Assembly: GCA_965153455.1 (NCBI GenBank)
Contig: OZ234493.1
Span: 6,014,001-6,078,000 of the forward strand
Direction: 5' to 3'
Source: Sphagnum compactum
Lineage: Eukaryota
DNA: 64,000 nt
Below the pieces are notes generated by a model. That model saw only the letters and a program-made list of their open reading frames with translations, was not told where the DNA came from and did not search any database. Below, piece by piece: positions 37,688 to 49,963 of this stretch. The translations under genes and the position numbers were made by a program. Position 1 is the stretch's first letter; each line of letters starts with the position of its first letter.

Positions 37688-40600
37688 ATGGCGCGGTCTG
37701 TACATGCGGCTGTCATGCCGCTGCTGAAGTCGCCTTGCGAGGACTCTCTTCTGCTGTATCATCCTCCTGCTGCTGCTGTTCACAACCGCAGCTTCAAAAA
37801 CTTGCCGGATTCTTTTGTGGCGTGTCAATCCGTCGATAAATCGTGGAGCGGTTGTCGTGTTTCTTCGGATGGACGACTTCGGGGCGGCTGCCATTCCGAT
37901 GCCTGGAATCGCCTATCCGCCTTGCTGCCGACCAGGCGCGTCGGACAGCCATTGCAGTCTTGGAGTACGTGTTTTTTTTTTCCGCTTTTTAGAGTACTCT
38001 TTTTTCCTCTCCTTTCCTTTGTTTGTTTGTTTGTTTTTTTTTTTTTTCATTCTTTTTTCTTGAGCTCTCTGGATTAGGGAAATTACGGAATGTTGCGAAC
38101 TTCCTTAAAAACACTTTCGGCAAGGCAGCAGAGTCGTAGGGATGAATGATGTCGATTCCTCGGCATTTATGCCGGTGTGCGTGCTTTCGTGTGTTGTAAG
38201 GGATTGATGGTAAAAAGTCCAGTATCAACATGTGCAATGTGTTTGGAACACGATCGCTTTTTGGTCTAACTAAAAGTGCCTTTTTGGTCTCAAATATGAC
38301 TGCATTTATTTTTAATCTTTGTGTTGCTGGTGAGAAAGATGCAGTGTGCATCTATTCTTTTTGTGCTGGAAATTGCAAGGTTATTGTGCAACAGTGGGCA
38401 ATCTATGAGAACAGTAATTGTGAATGAAGTGATTCGTCTCATGAGAATTATGAAATGGAGCACTAGTCCTGTTGGGGCCTGGTAAATACCATACACAGTG
38501 CTCTTGAAGGTCTCTGAACATACCTCAGACTGTTGGTGTTGTTCACACTGCTCCTCTGTTTTTTTGGGTGGGGATTGGGAGTTCCTTGGGTTGTGGCTTC
38601 ATCTTTGTCATATTTGCTGATATGTTGCCAGATGTGAAATCTATGTAATCTTATTATCAGATCATTTCTCAATCCTCTTCAGGTTTACTTGATCCATAAG
38701 TATGGAGAATTTTTCAGTACTTTTTAAGATAATTAATAATAAAGCAAAATCATAGTTTGGGATAGAGAAAACTTGGTCCCCTGATCATTCTCACTGGAAC
38801 TCTGGATTGTACCCTGTCATGGTTGCAATTCACATCTACAGGTCAATTTGGAGTCAACAGGAAATAGGGTCTGAGGTTCTGTAGGTGAGCAATTCTTTCT
38901 TTTTTCAACTAATAACTTCAACTCTTTGGATCGTGGGAGAGTCTTGTGTCAAAATGGCAATGTGCAAAATAGCAACCTTTTAGATGTTTGTGTGCAATGA
39001 ATCCTGTTGCAGCTCACTATTCCTGATGAAGCCCTTCCTGGCAGATATGTACATGCGTTTTGTTCTTCTCTCCCATTGAATCTAGCAAATTCTTGTTTTG
39101 GAATATGTGGTGTATGTGCAGGGCATGTATGCACAGCATCTGGACATGGCAGCACTGGCAAAGCAGCACCAGATGAAGAAGATCCAAAAGCTGTACCTGA
39201 TCAACTACCGGCCTCTGAGGGGGCTGAGGATGTACAACTCCAGGTATAGGTTACCACCCTGTCACTACCACTTTCTGTATCTGGTGTAAATTACTGGTGC
39301 TGGGATCTTGTACTTATGTGTTTGGGTCAGAGGCTTCACATTTTCTTGTAGTTTCTCAGGCATTTAGTTTCATTTAGAGGAGTCCCCAGTTCATCATTTT
39401 TGAGGTTAGTTTGGACATTGTTGTGTTACCTTCAAAGTGTTGTTGTGGATATTTCTTTGTAATGTCATACATATGTTTTCCCAGTGACTTTAGTGGGTGT
39501 TCTGCATCCTAGCAGTGACACTGGTGTGCCTAAAGGATATGTTCAGGGTGCAGAAGGCCCTAACCACTACCTTCTATGTTGCTTGTAAAGGGATCAGCTC
39601 AACTGGAATGAAGCTTACCCTTCCAGGCTTGTGGCGGCTTGAATGAGGATACTATTGACTATTTGATTACCTATGTCTCTTGAGTGCTAGCCAACATCAT
39701 CACCTTCCAAGTGTTGTTGTGGAGGTTTTTGTGCAATCTAATAGATCTTTTAGTTTGGATTCACAGATTCATGCATGCTGCACTTTTTCTGCATCAACCT
39801 TAGCATGCTGATTGGAGGCAGAGTAAGTCACTGAGAAGTTATATAGTGCAAGTTTAGAGCTTAAGTGCCCATTGATACCTACCATTTATTACTTAAATCT
39901 ATGTCCAGCTTGGGTACTGAGTTTGTTCAGATTTTTATGTCTTGTATGGTGCAAGCCCCAGAAGTAAATGCCTGCACTTTGGTACTGTAATTCCAAGTTC
40001 TATCTGGTAGAATTCACTTGGACCAGAATATACTCTCTAGAGTTGATGTCTGTTATTACTTTGAAGAGTGATCACTCATAGAGATCCTCTTCCCCAGGGG
40101 AGGCTTGCTGGTAATGGATATTGTTTATGTGGTTCCAGGTTTGTTTGCAACATGGAAATGCTATTTGTTTCATGACTCTGGTATGGAAGCTTTAATATGG
40201 CATCTTACAACTCGTAATTTGTCTGGACATGAACAGATTGGTGACACTCCAGTGGAACTGGATTGGCGGGCATTTCGTGCACAACTTGTTCAGTCAGAGA
40301 AGCCTGGAAGTAAAAGCATTGGTACCAAAAGTTCTGCAGCACATTGGGCACATCCAATCCTGGCACCAGAAGCAGGGTGTGTGCTTATAGCAACTGAGAA
40401 ATTGGATGGGCAACAGAACTTTGAAAGAACTGTGGTATTGCTGCTGAGCCCAGGCTCAAGTAATCCAAGAGAGGGTCCATATGGGTTGATTCTCAACAGA
40501 TCCCTATCGCGCCGCATCAAAGAGATCAAACTGAATGATTGGACTCTGGTCAAACATTTTGGCAACTGTCAGGTATAACATGACTGCTTATCTTCTGGCA

Positions 40601-41368
40601 AGCAATGTAACTACAGTACAGAGCTTTTAAAGCATTTCCTTCGTAGCTCCCCTTCCCAGGGTGATGTTCTGCATTACATTTTCATCCCTTTGAGTTCTTT
40701 TTGCTCATCTACAGTAGTGGTTTATTGTCCTTGGGTTGTCTTGGCCATGTTTTCCACTTTCTTTGTTCTTTTCCCATCCTTGTTTCAAGTTTATGGAAAC
40801 ATGATGCCCTTAAGCCTTGCAAGATGGTTGAGCTGCTCAATTATTACCATGCTAATATGTGCATGTATTGAACTCTGAAGTCAGGAACATATGGTATCCC
40901 TTCAGGGTTCAGGATTTTCAAGTCTCTTATTGATCTGTTCAGCTTTCTCCAGAGTTATGTCTGTCAGTGTGGCAATAAAATGGAAATTTTGGTCCTCAGG
41001 CATATCTTGGAGGCCCCATGGATACAGAGGTATTTCTTCTGCTGCATGGTACCAGTGGCATACAGGGTTTTCAAGAAGTGATTCCTGGTGTGTACTATGG
41101 AACATCTGATGGCCTTGAACCTGTGGCTGAGTTTGCAAAGGGGGGAAACCAGTCTCTACCACAAGGATTTCGATTCGTGTTTGGCTATTCTGGCTGGGGC
41201 TATGATCAGTTGAAGAAGGAGATTGCTGCAGGTCTATGGTGTGTTGCAGCTTGTAGTTCTGACTTGATCACATCAGCTTCAACTGCAGGACTGTGGGAGG
41301 AAGTTTTACAGCTCATGGGGGGCAAGTATTTGGAGCTCAGCAAGAGACCACGGAGAAAACACTATTAA
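37688..41368 (+). CDS. DUF179 (AlgH/YqgE, UPF0301) family protein with N-terminal extension, probably organelle-targeted, about 362 aa
   Basis: Proposed exons: 37688-37964, 39137-39243, 40237-40572, 41000-41368 (in phase, 1089 nt). Motifs LDWRAFRAQLV, WAHPILAPEAGCVLIATEKLDG, FERTVVLLL, GPYGLILNR, YLGGPM and FRFVFGYSGWGYDQLKKEI..GLW are typical of plant DUF179. The two 5' exons are less certain. Confidence 0.85.
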
Positions 41369-44300
41369 AAGTTTGTCCCAGTCACATGTGTGTTCTCCAG
41401 GTTTGAACAAAAAGACTTTAAATGCATGGAGGATGCCATGGTTTGGGCAACAAAAGAGGAGAGGATTCATTCGAAAGAGGTTGTGTGTTGCTTTCAATGG
41501 ACTGCCCTGCCCTTGGAGGTAACTTTGTACAGTTGACTGGTACCTGAAATGTCTATTGTAATTGATATCCAAAAATGGCTTCAAGGAAGTTGGAAATGGA
41601 AGCACACTTCTTTCAGGAAAGGAAGGTTGGATTTCCTCCACATCCAAGTCTGAGGATATGCACTCTCAGAAATCTCTAATAAGCACAGAAACCAGGCAAA
41701 TTTTGGAGCTGATGAGCAGTGGTGGAGAGAGATCTCTGGGCTCAAAGAGTTATACTGTGTTTCAATGATGCCAGTCTGGTGCTGCTGTTGGGGTTCAAGA
41801 GGTTGGAACTTCCAGCAATTGAGGGAATTGGTGATACATCAGCACATTTTCATGAGATGCAGATGCATCATAACTCTTGGCTCCTCTGTTTTCTCAGACT
41901 TGTATGTCCTCAGTTCTTATTCAAATTCTGAGAACTGATGTTGGAAAAGGCAGGTGCTATATAGGTGCTCTAGGGAGGGCTATGACTCCCAAGACGTCAA
42001 ATCGTGACTGAAGACATTGTGTCTTTTGTAAGATGGCTGTATATAGGAATGTGGGCACTGTAATCAAGGAAAAGTATGAATAATATTATGAGCTGACGAG
42101 ACTTACATGTAAAACTATGAAGATATCTTTTGATCCTTCAAATGTACAAGATAGATGGAACAATACATTGTCATAAGGAAAGGAAGGGATACAGCAGAAC
42201 ACTAGAATAGCTGAAACCAGGAGTGAAGTGGGATTAGCCTGTCAAACTGTCCTCCAAATGAAAGCTTTTTTCCTGATAAAATGTGCAGCTGTATCACGGA
42301 ACACCAAGATGCCAGGCAGTGTTCCTGGTTTTCCACCTGCATTAGGTCCTGTAGTTCTAATTGGGGCACCTAGCAGTGCACCTTTTGCTCCACTAGATTA
42401 ACAAGAACTTTACAGGGCAGGTCCTATCCAGGATTGCAGTTGGAGGCACTGTTGTCCAGAGCAAGAGAAGGAGGACATCTGTTTCCCACCGAAATCTTTG
42501 CAAAAGATTCAATTTGAGCTCTGGCAGTTTGCAAAACTGAGCTTTGATCAGTTTGGGCCAAGTGCTCCCACCGGAAGATAGTTCAATGAGACAGCTGCTG
42601 TTGATCATGAAGGCAGGGGGCAACAACCATCTCAACACTGTCATGAAGGATGCCCCTTAGTCTAGAGTAACCTCATGGGATACCTTTTCTGTGTGATGAC
42701 TATGTAGCAGCCTTCCATTTGCAGTTCTCATGAATGGTGACTGTTGTTGAGTATCTTTGGAGAAATTGTGTTCACCAAAGGTTGAGATTTCTCACTTCTA
42801 GGCCCCACGAAACAAAAATCCTTCACAAAATGTTGTTGGATTAAGAATTTTAAATTAGGTCACCTCTCTCAATATATTGTTCAAAGTGGGATTGAGCTTT
42901 TTAGTTTTTATGTAATCCAATTGTGAGAAAATCATTTTAATTTTTAATTAATTTTTACAGACAAAATAATTTATAAATTTAATAACTTTGCTCAATTGGT
43001 TTGAAATTTTGTGGAATGACAAATGTGCACATCATCTCGTTGAGGGCCTTTCAAGTAATATAAAAACAAAGCAAAAGGATCTCATAGTTTGGGAAGGTCA
43101 GAGATGTTAGGGGCATGAAAATTACCAAAACAAAAAGACTTTCAAAATATATGGGGAAAAAAATAAAATGTAATGTGCAAGACAAAAGTTTAATTAAAAT
43201 TTTATTCTTATAACATATAAAACATGAAAATGAATTGAACAAAATTATGGTGTAAATTGGGTATATGATATTGATATGAGTATGGATATTGAAGAAAGGT
43301 AAAACCGACCTTTTAGGTATAAAACCCTAAACCCTAAACAATACTAACTTAATACCAATATTTTTAGTCTAATATGTAACATGAAATACATATTTGCCTT
43401 TACACCAATATCAATGCCAAGTTCACATCAATATTGGCATGTTTTAGGATTTACGCAAGTTCATGTCCACATTATATATAGGTCATGTTTTAGGGTTCAC
43501 ATATTTGAAATTTCAAGTTTTGTTGGAATCACAATTGGAACTTGATGGGGGAAACCAATTTCTTTTCAAAATTGAAATAGAACTTTTGAAACACGAATGT
43601 TGCCCCCTTTTAATATAGGTTCAAGCTTTTTAAGTAAATAAATTTAAAAATATTTAAAAAATATAATATTCCCCTTACATTTTAAGTAAGTTATATTTGT
43701 TGTGATTGATTTTGTACATTATTAGTTTTCCATAATCTCCGTTTTGAATTGTGTGCACTAATTGAACAAACTAATATAGGTACTACATTATTTTATTTTA
43801 TTTTTAGTTGTGTGTAAAGGAGATGGAACCAAATCTTGTTTTAAGCCAGACTAACACTAAATTCTTTGTGAAAATTATCAAAACCCGGGCTATTTTTTAT
43901 TTTTTTTATGTTTTCATATGGATTTCAATAATTCATCATTATTTATGTCAATGTCAAATTTAATTTAAATCAATATACATTTCATGAACATGAAAAAAAA
44001 AAAACATTTTTTAAAATTTTTTTTCGTATCCACGTTGGTGGATAGGAAAAAAGAGTGAGATAGATATAAAATGGAGGTAATTATTATTAGGAAAGATGGG
44101 AGATAGTTATTAAGAAAACTATAAAAAATAAGAAATAGTGAAAATTTTGAAATTCATTTCCAGCAAATTTAATGCTTTTTTTGGAGAAAAAAGTTAGTGA
44201 AAAATGGATTTAATATCTTTTTAACATACTTTTCAGATATCTATACATGGTTTAAGTGGGTAGCCAAAAATATATAAGGATGTTTTTCAGAAAATTCCTT

Positions 44301-44435
44301 TCTTTTTTTTTACTAGCCAAATTTGGCTAAATCGGCTTATGAATGATCACCACCCTGGCTACATCACGAAATTGGGAAAAGAAAAGAAAAACAAAACAAA
44401 ACAAAATAAAAATAATTCTTTCTCCCTGTTCGTCT

Positions 44436-44790
44436 TTTCATTCTCTTCTTTTCCTTTTCGCAAAAGACAAACAAACATCTTTCTTCTTCTTTCGGCTGCT
44501 TCTTCTTCTTCTTCTCATTCTCTTCTTTTATTTTTAGCAAAAGTAAGAATAAAATCTCTCTCTTGTTTCTTCTTCTCATTCTCTTCTTTTCTTTCTGGCA
44601 AAAAGCAAAAACCTTTCTCTCTCTTTTTCGTGTTCTCATTCTTTTGTTTCCTTTTCTTTTCTTTTTGGCAAACTAAAATCCAAACCTTTATTTCTCCCTT
44701 TTTCTTTCTTCTCATTCTCTTCTTTTCCTTTTCGCAAAAGGAAAAACAAGATCTTTCTTCTTCTTCTTCTCTCTTCTTTCCGCTTCTTCT
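44436..44790 (+). repeat. Pyrimidine-rich minisatellite (5 units, ~60-76 bp) upstream of IGPS
   Basis: Core TTCTCATTCTCTTCTTTTCCTTTTCGCAAAA, or variants of it, at ~44436, 44512, 44572, 44633 and 44709. Confidence 0.8.
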
Positions 44791-45265
44791 CTCTCCTATC
44801 TGTCGCTCGCTGCTGGGTGTCTCGAGGATTGCGACGAGGCAGCGGCGAGAGGGGGGAGGAGCACAAATCCTGAAGATTTGGCTGTCGTCTCGTCAACCTG
44901 GAGAGATGGATTAACAATCTACAACTACAAAGAAGAGAATGAGAAGAAGAAGAAGAGGAAGAATCAAATAGATTTCGCTTCTTTCTGTCACGAATTGCAG
45001 AAGTTTCAGTCACCTGAGCAGCAGGTAGGCACTTCGGTTTTGTTTTGGTTGATTCCCTCCATTTTGTTCCATTTGGTTGCTGAATTCGAAATCTGTTTGC
45101 AGTCAGAGTCTTTTCTTGCTGCCGGTATTCCTCTCTGTGCAGCTGTTTTAGAACCGGACCGGGAACAACAAACAAAACTGTCATCTTGAACTATTGTTGC
45201 AAGAGAGACAGAAGGGAAGTCTTTTTTGGTTTTTTGTTGTTGGAGGATTGTGAAGTGAGTATGAG

Positions 45266-45269
<4 letters not shown>

Positions 45270-45296
<27 letters not shown>
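45270..45296. repeat. (GT)n microsatellite in the putative IGPS 5' UTR intron
   Basis: Direct inspection. Confidence 0.9.
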
Positions 45297-45384
45297 TTTT
45301 TTCCTTGCTTAGCTCGTGTTTTGTTGTGCGCGAGATTTTGAAGTGTGTAATTTTTAGGGTTCTTGGTGGTGACAGGAGGTAACA

Positions 45385-48300
45385 ATGTCAATGGAGTCAT
45401 TGACAGCTTCAGCAGTGCGTTGCAATCCTGCATCAAAGACCATGCGTGTAATGACCTCTAGCAGCACTTCTTCTTCTTCTTCTTTGGCATTCGTTAGAAT
45501 ACCTTGTTCTTCGGGAAGCCTCACAAGATTGAAGCTCATGATGATCAATAATACTGAGAGAACTTCGGTCTCGTGCTCTGCCTTAGAGGTAATTCTTGGG
45601 CAATAACCTCCATTGTCAATCCCTCTTTTTTCTGTGAGAGACAATGTGGGGTAATGTGTTTCTTGCCATACTCAGTTTTTTTTCTCCTCTTCTGGTTCTA
45701 TTATCAGCCAGAAAGTGAGGAATCCTCAAGTCAGAATGCTGTTCCAGAGGTTTTGGAGTTTCAACCACATAGCAACATGCCAGTGATGCCACCGGAGTGG
45801 AGAGAGCGAGAGGAGAAGCGGAAAGCTGAAGAGGCACTGAGGAATACGCAAGGCATCACCATACGGAGACGACCTCCCACTGGCCCACCATTACACAATG
45901 TTGGTCCTTTCCAGTTCAAGATCCAAAGCGAGGGTAACACACCCCGCAATATTTTGGAGGAAATTGTGTGGCACAAGGACTGTGAAATAGCACAGGTCTT
46001 GCTTCCAAAACCATCTCAGCAATCTTTAGGGTTAGATTCAAAAATTTGGCAATTGGAAATTCTTCTGGTGCAATATGCTGCCTCTTTTGATTAATCAGTC
46101 AGGTAAAGCAAGAAGTCCCGATTCAGCAAGAAGGTGATGCCATCTGGAATTTGGGTTCAAGCCAAGTTGTGCAGATATCTTGTCAGATATACTTCAGTGT
46201 GATGCTGTGGAGGGTTCCTTAGGTAGCTGAGGGTGATGATGGCTTGTATGGATATTGTGCTGCTGAGACAGAGATAGAGAGTGTGCTTGGTACTGCTCCC
46301 TTTGGATCCTTTTTTCTCATGGAATTGCTTGCCAATGCAAAACTGTTGATTGTAGCATGTGTGATCACAACTGGGTTGATTGGCTAATACATCGAGTTTG
46401 CATGCATATTTGGTGTATGTCCAATCCAAATATGTGACTCTCTCCCCTTTCTGCAGGGATGTTATGGCCTCTGAGGCTTTGCCTGGAGTGTTAGGGATTA
46501 TGAGCAGCTGCTTATGGATTAGGGTTACAAAGATGGCCTGCATTGTCATGAATTTTTGGTAGCTTGGCCAAAAGAAGATGAACTCCTGCTTGACTCATCT
46601 GATTTGTATGCAGATGAAGGAGAGGACACCTCTCACTGCATTAGCAAAGGCAATGGCAGGTGTTGCTCCAACAAAGGATTTTGTTGGCACGTTGAAAGCG
46701 AGGGCAGCGGAAACAGAGCGACCAGCTCTGATAGCTGAAGTGAAAAAAGCATCCCCAAGTCGAGGCGTGATCCAACAGAACTTCGATCCGGTAGTGAATT
46801 TGTTCATCTGAGCCTTGATCGTCTTCCTCTTCTGATTGCATTTCAGTATTTCCTCTTATAAGTAAACTCATAAAATTTGTAGTACCTTACCCTATGAGCT
46901 GCACACAGGTGAGGATTGCACAAGCATATGAAAAGGGTGGTGCTGCTTGTTTAAGTGTGCTCACAGACTCAAAGTACTTCCAGGGAAGTTTTGAGAATCT
47001 GGGTCTTATTCGTGCAGCTGGGATTCAGGTACTCAGAGTTTTCTCTTTCATCTGACAATTTTGTTGTGACTGCAAATTGAGGATTTTTTCTGAGATGCAT
47101 AGAACACTTGTATCACAATAGTCATAGCTCTATCACATAGGATGCCATGTGCATTCGCACTGACTGCTATGTTGGTCTGAATGTGACTTGCAGTTAAGAG
47201 GTTCCTGTTTTTGGGTTCTGATCTTTGTTCAGTTGAGCTTGTGCAGTGCCCTCTTCTGTGCAAGGAGTTCATTATTGATGCGTGGCAAATCTACAAAGCG
47301 CGGGTTAGTGGTGCTGATGCTGTACTTCTCATCGCTGCAGTTTTACCTGACCAGGATCTGACTTACATGACCAAGATTGCCAAAGCTCTTGGAATGGCTG
47401 CCCTCATTGAGGTTGGTGATTATGTGGTGAATGTTGTCTCTCTGTTTCAGAGAATACTGTTTTTGCTCTTCTTTCTCTGTGATTTAGCCTAACCCTAAAC
47501 TTCATGTTCTAGACATCTCAGTTTTGTTGCTTCATTTGTGGTATCCCAGTCACTTTCTTATATTGCAAGAAGAGGAATCACAATTCTACAAGTGAAGTTC
47601 TAAATTTTATTCTGGCTGGAAACTATTTCTCAATGCAGGTGCATAGCAAGAGAGAGATGGAGCGAGTGCTGGGTTTGTCAGGTGTGGAGCTCATAGGCAT
47701 CAACAATCGCAGTCTGGGTATGTTTTCTGGGCCCGAATTCTGTCAAAACAAAACCTGCTCTCCTCTAATCTCCTTCTTGAACTTAGAGTTCTCTGCTAGT
47801 TTCATTTTGCATACCAAGAATGAACTTTCCTATTGTATGTCACCCCAATCCTTAGTCAACTTACACAGGGGATACATTCCCTTGGTCTGTGCCTCCTATT
47901 CAAAGAGAAGAACAATCTGGCTGATCTGCCAAATCTGCTTATCTAAATTAGGTTAATGCATGATTTGAAAGAGAACAATCAGTCTGTTTGACTTGAATCC
48001 AATGGGCAGATTCAGGTGCAATCCAATGATCTGGATGCTGGTTGGTTTTATACACAGTTAGTGTCACTGTACCAAAGGCAGTGTTACTGAGGTTTGCTGA
48101 ACATTGGTGTGGTGCTGCAGAGACATTCAAGGTTGATATAAATAACACAGTGGATCTTCTCAAGGGAGAGACAGGGCAAACCATCCATGAGAGGGGCATT
48201 GTTGTAAGATTCTGCCCTTGGAGAGTTTCAGTGGTATCTGGTTCATTAAATATTTGTGGATGAGTAGTAGAGTGTGACTGCAATTTTTTCTAGGTGCAAA

Positions 48301-49081
48301 GATAGCTCTCTCACTAAGAACTTTATCTGTATGGTTGTGAAATGCACAAGATTTTGCAAGGTACAACAGCCATTACAGAATCAGTGAATTGTGTACCAGA
48401 GTAAAGCAGTCAATTAGGCTGATGGACCTGGCGCAGGCACTTCACAACATTAATATCATAGATGGACCGTAGTTTTTCTTCTCAATCAAGTTCAGCAAGC
48501 AACATTTTTCTTTGGCTCGTATATGTAGGTAATTAACTTACAGCTGAGACCGGTGGGTTACAGGTCGTGGGTGAGTCTGGTTTGTTCACACCAGAGGACA
48601 TAGCACTTGTCCAAGCTGCTGGTGTTGGTGCTGTAAGTTCACTGCATTTCACTTGTTCTGGTATCCTGTGGCCCCAAATTCATGTCAACAAAATCCATTT
48701 CAACCCACAAATCCATTTCAAAAATCACAGACCAAACCATGAAGTATTCTGATAGATTATGGAAACATAGACTTGCTGCTTTTTACTGAGAAGCAAAATT
48801 TAGAGTGCTCTGGTTAGGAGAAATTGGCTGTGAAGTTTGCAGTAATCAGTTCATAGATTCTTTTTGAGACTTTCAGTGACTCTGTCACAATTTGGTTGTG
48901 TGTTTCAATAATCACCTATGGCAAACAAAATGTTCACAGAAAGGAAGAGGGATGGGCTTGACAGGTGTTGGTGGGAGAATCACTGGTGAAGCAGGATGAC
49001 CCATGCGCAGCCATTGCAGGTCTCTATGGCAAAGACATTTCCCGAAAGATGAATAACGAAGTAACCCTTCCTGTGGCATGA
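45385..49081 (+). CDS. IGPS: Indole-3-glycerol phosphate synthase, chloroplastic (TrpC homolog), 9 coding exons, about 433 aa
   Basis: Exons: 45385-45588, 45708-45995, 46614-46790, 46909-47028, 47247-47411, 47639-47717, 48121-48203, 48564-48632, 48965-49081 (1302 nt, GT-AG, in phase). Ser-rich transit peptide, then [58 protein letters not shown] and VLVGESLVK. Confidence 0.95.
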
Positions 49082-49737
49082 GTCCTTCTGCACCAACTGT
49101 CCAAGTGCCACTCCTGAAGCGTTTGTAAGATCAAAAGCATTTCATTGCATTGATCACGGTTGGCTGATTTAAGATTTAGCATGCACACAGGTTCTATGTG
49201 GGGATTAAGAGATTCTCTAAAGATAATATGATTTTGACCACTACTGTGGTCTCTGGCTTTTTGTTGGAGAAACAGAGAAACAGGGAACTCCCATTTGTAA
49301 CGTTTTTACTTCTCTACTTGTGTCAAATTTGCACAATTAGTAGCTGAAGGTTGTACTGCTAGGTTGAGCACATTTCTCTGAAATGAATCAAATGAGTCAG
49401 TGTCACTTTGCCCAGTTTTGGGAGGCAATGTTTATGAGAGCTCCAAATTGTGATATCAAAGCACTTGCTGCAGAAGATTTGATAACCTAACCCTTGATGT
49501 CAAATGAAAATGTTGTCTGCTTATCAAATTGCAAGAATGTGTGAGGGGTCTCACCTCAAATACAACTGTTTTATGGGATTCATGAAAGTAGGTTGCACTG
49601 ATGTGGGCACATTAGACCATGAGAGCGAGAGAGAAGGTTCTGTTGTGAGTTCATTGCACCATTAGGAGAGAGAAAGTTTCACTGTCGTGATCACAGTGCA
49701 CCATAGGAGAGGGAAGGTTGCACCATGGTGAGCACCA

Positions 49738-49963
49738 AGGAGTGTTCAAGAGTGGGGTGAGATTACAAGTGTTTAGATATTGCTTTGATAGATTGTGATT
49801 GAAGAGGAGTATTTAAGAGCAGATTGAGGTTGCAAGTGTTTAGATATTGCTTCAATACATTGTGTTTGAAGAGGAGTGTTTGAGAGCAGATTCAGATTGC
49901 AGAGTGTTTAGATATGGCTTCAATAGGTTGTGTTAAAGAGGATTCTGTTTGAGAGTGGATTGA
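49738..49963 (+). repeat. Minisatellite, ~3.3 units of 67-68 bp
   Basis: AGTGTTTAGATAT(T/G)GCTT at 49768, 49835 and 49903, each followed by TTGTG..(G/A)AAGAGGA...TTT.AGAG. Confidence 0.85.

Noticed and set aside
44339..45184. 191-aa and 182-aa ORFs upstream of IGPS
   Set aside because: Produced by stop-poor CT/GA low-complexity repeats, giving F/S/L- or K/R/E-dominated peptides.
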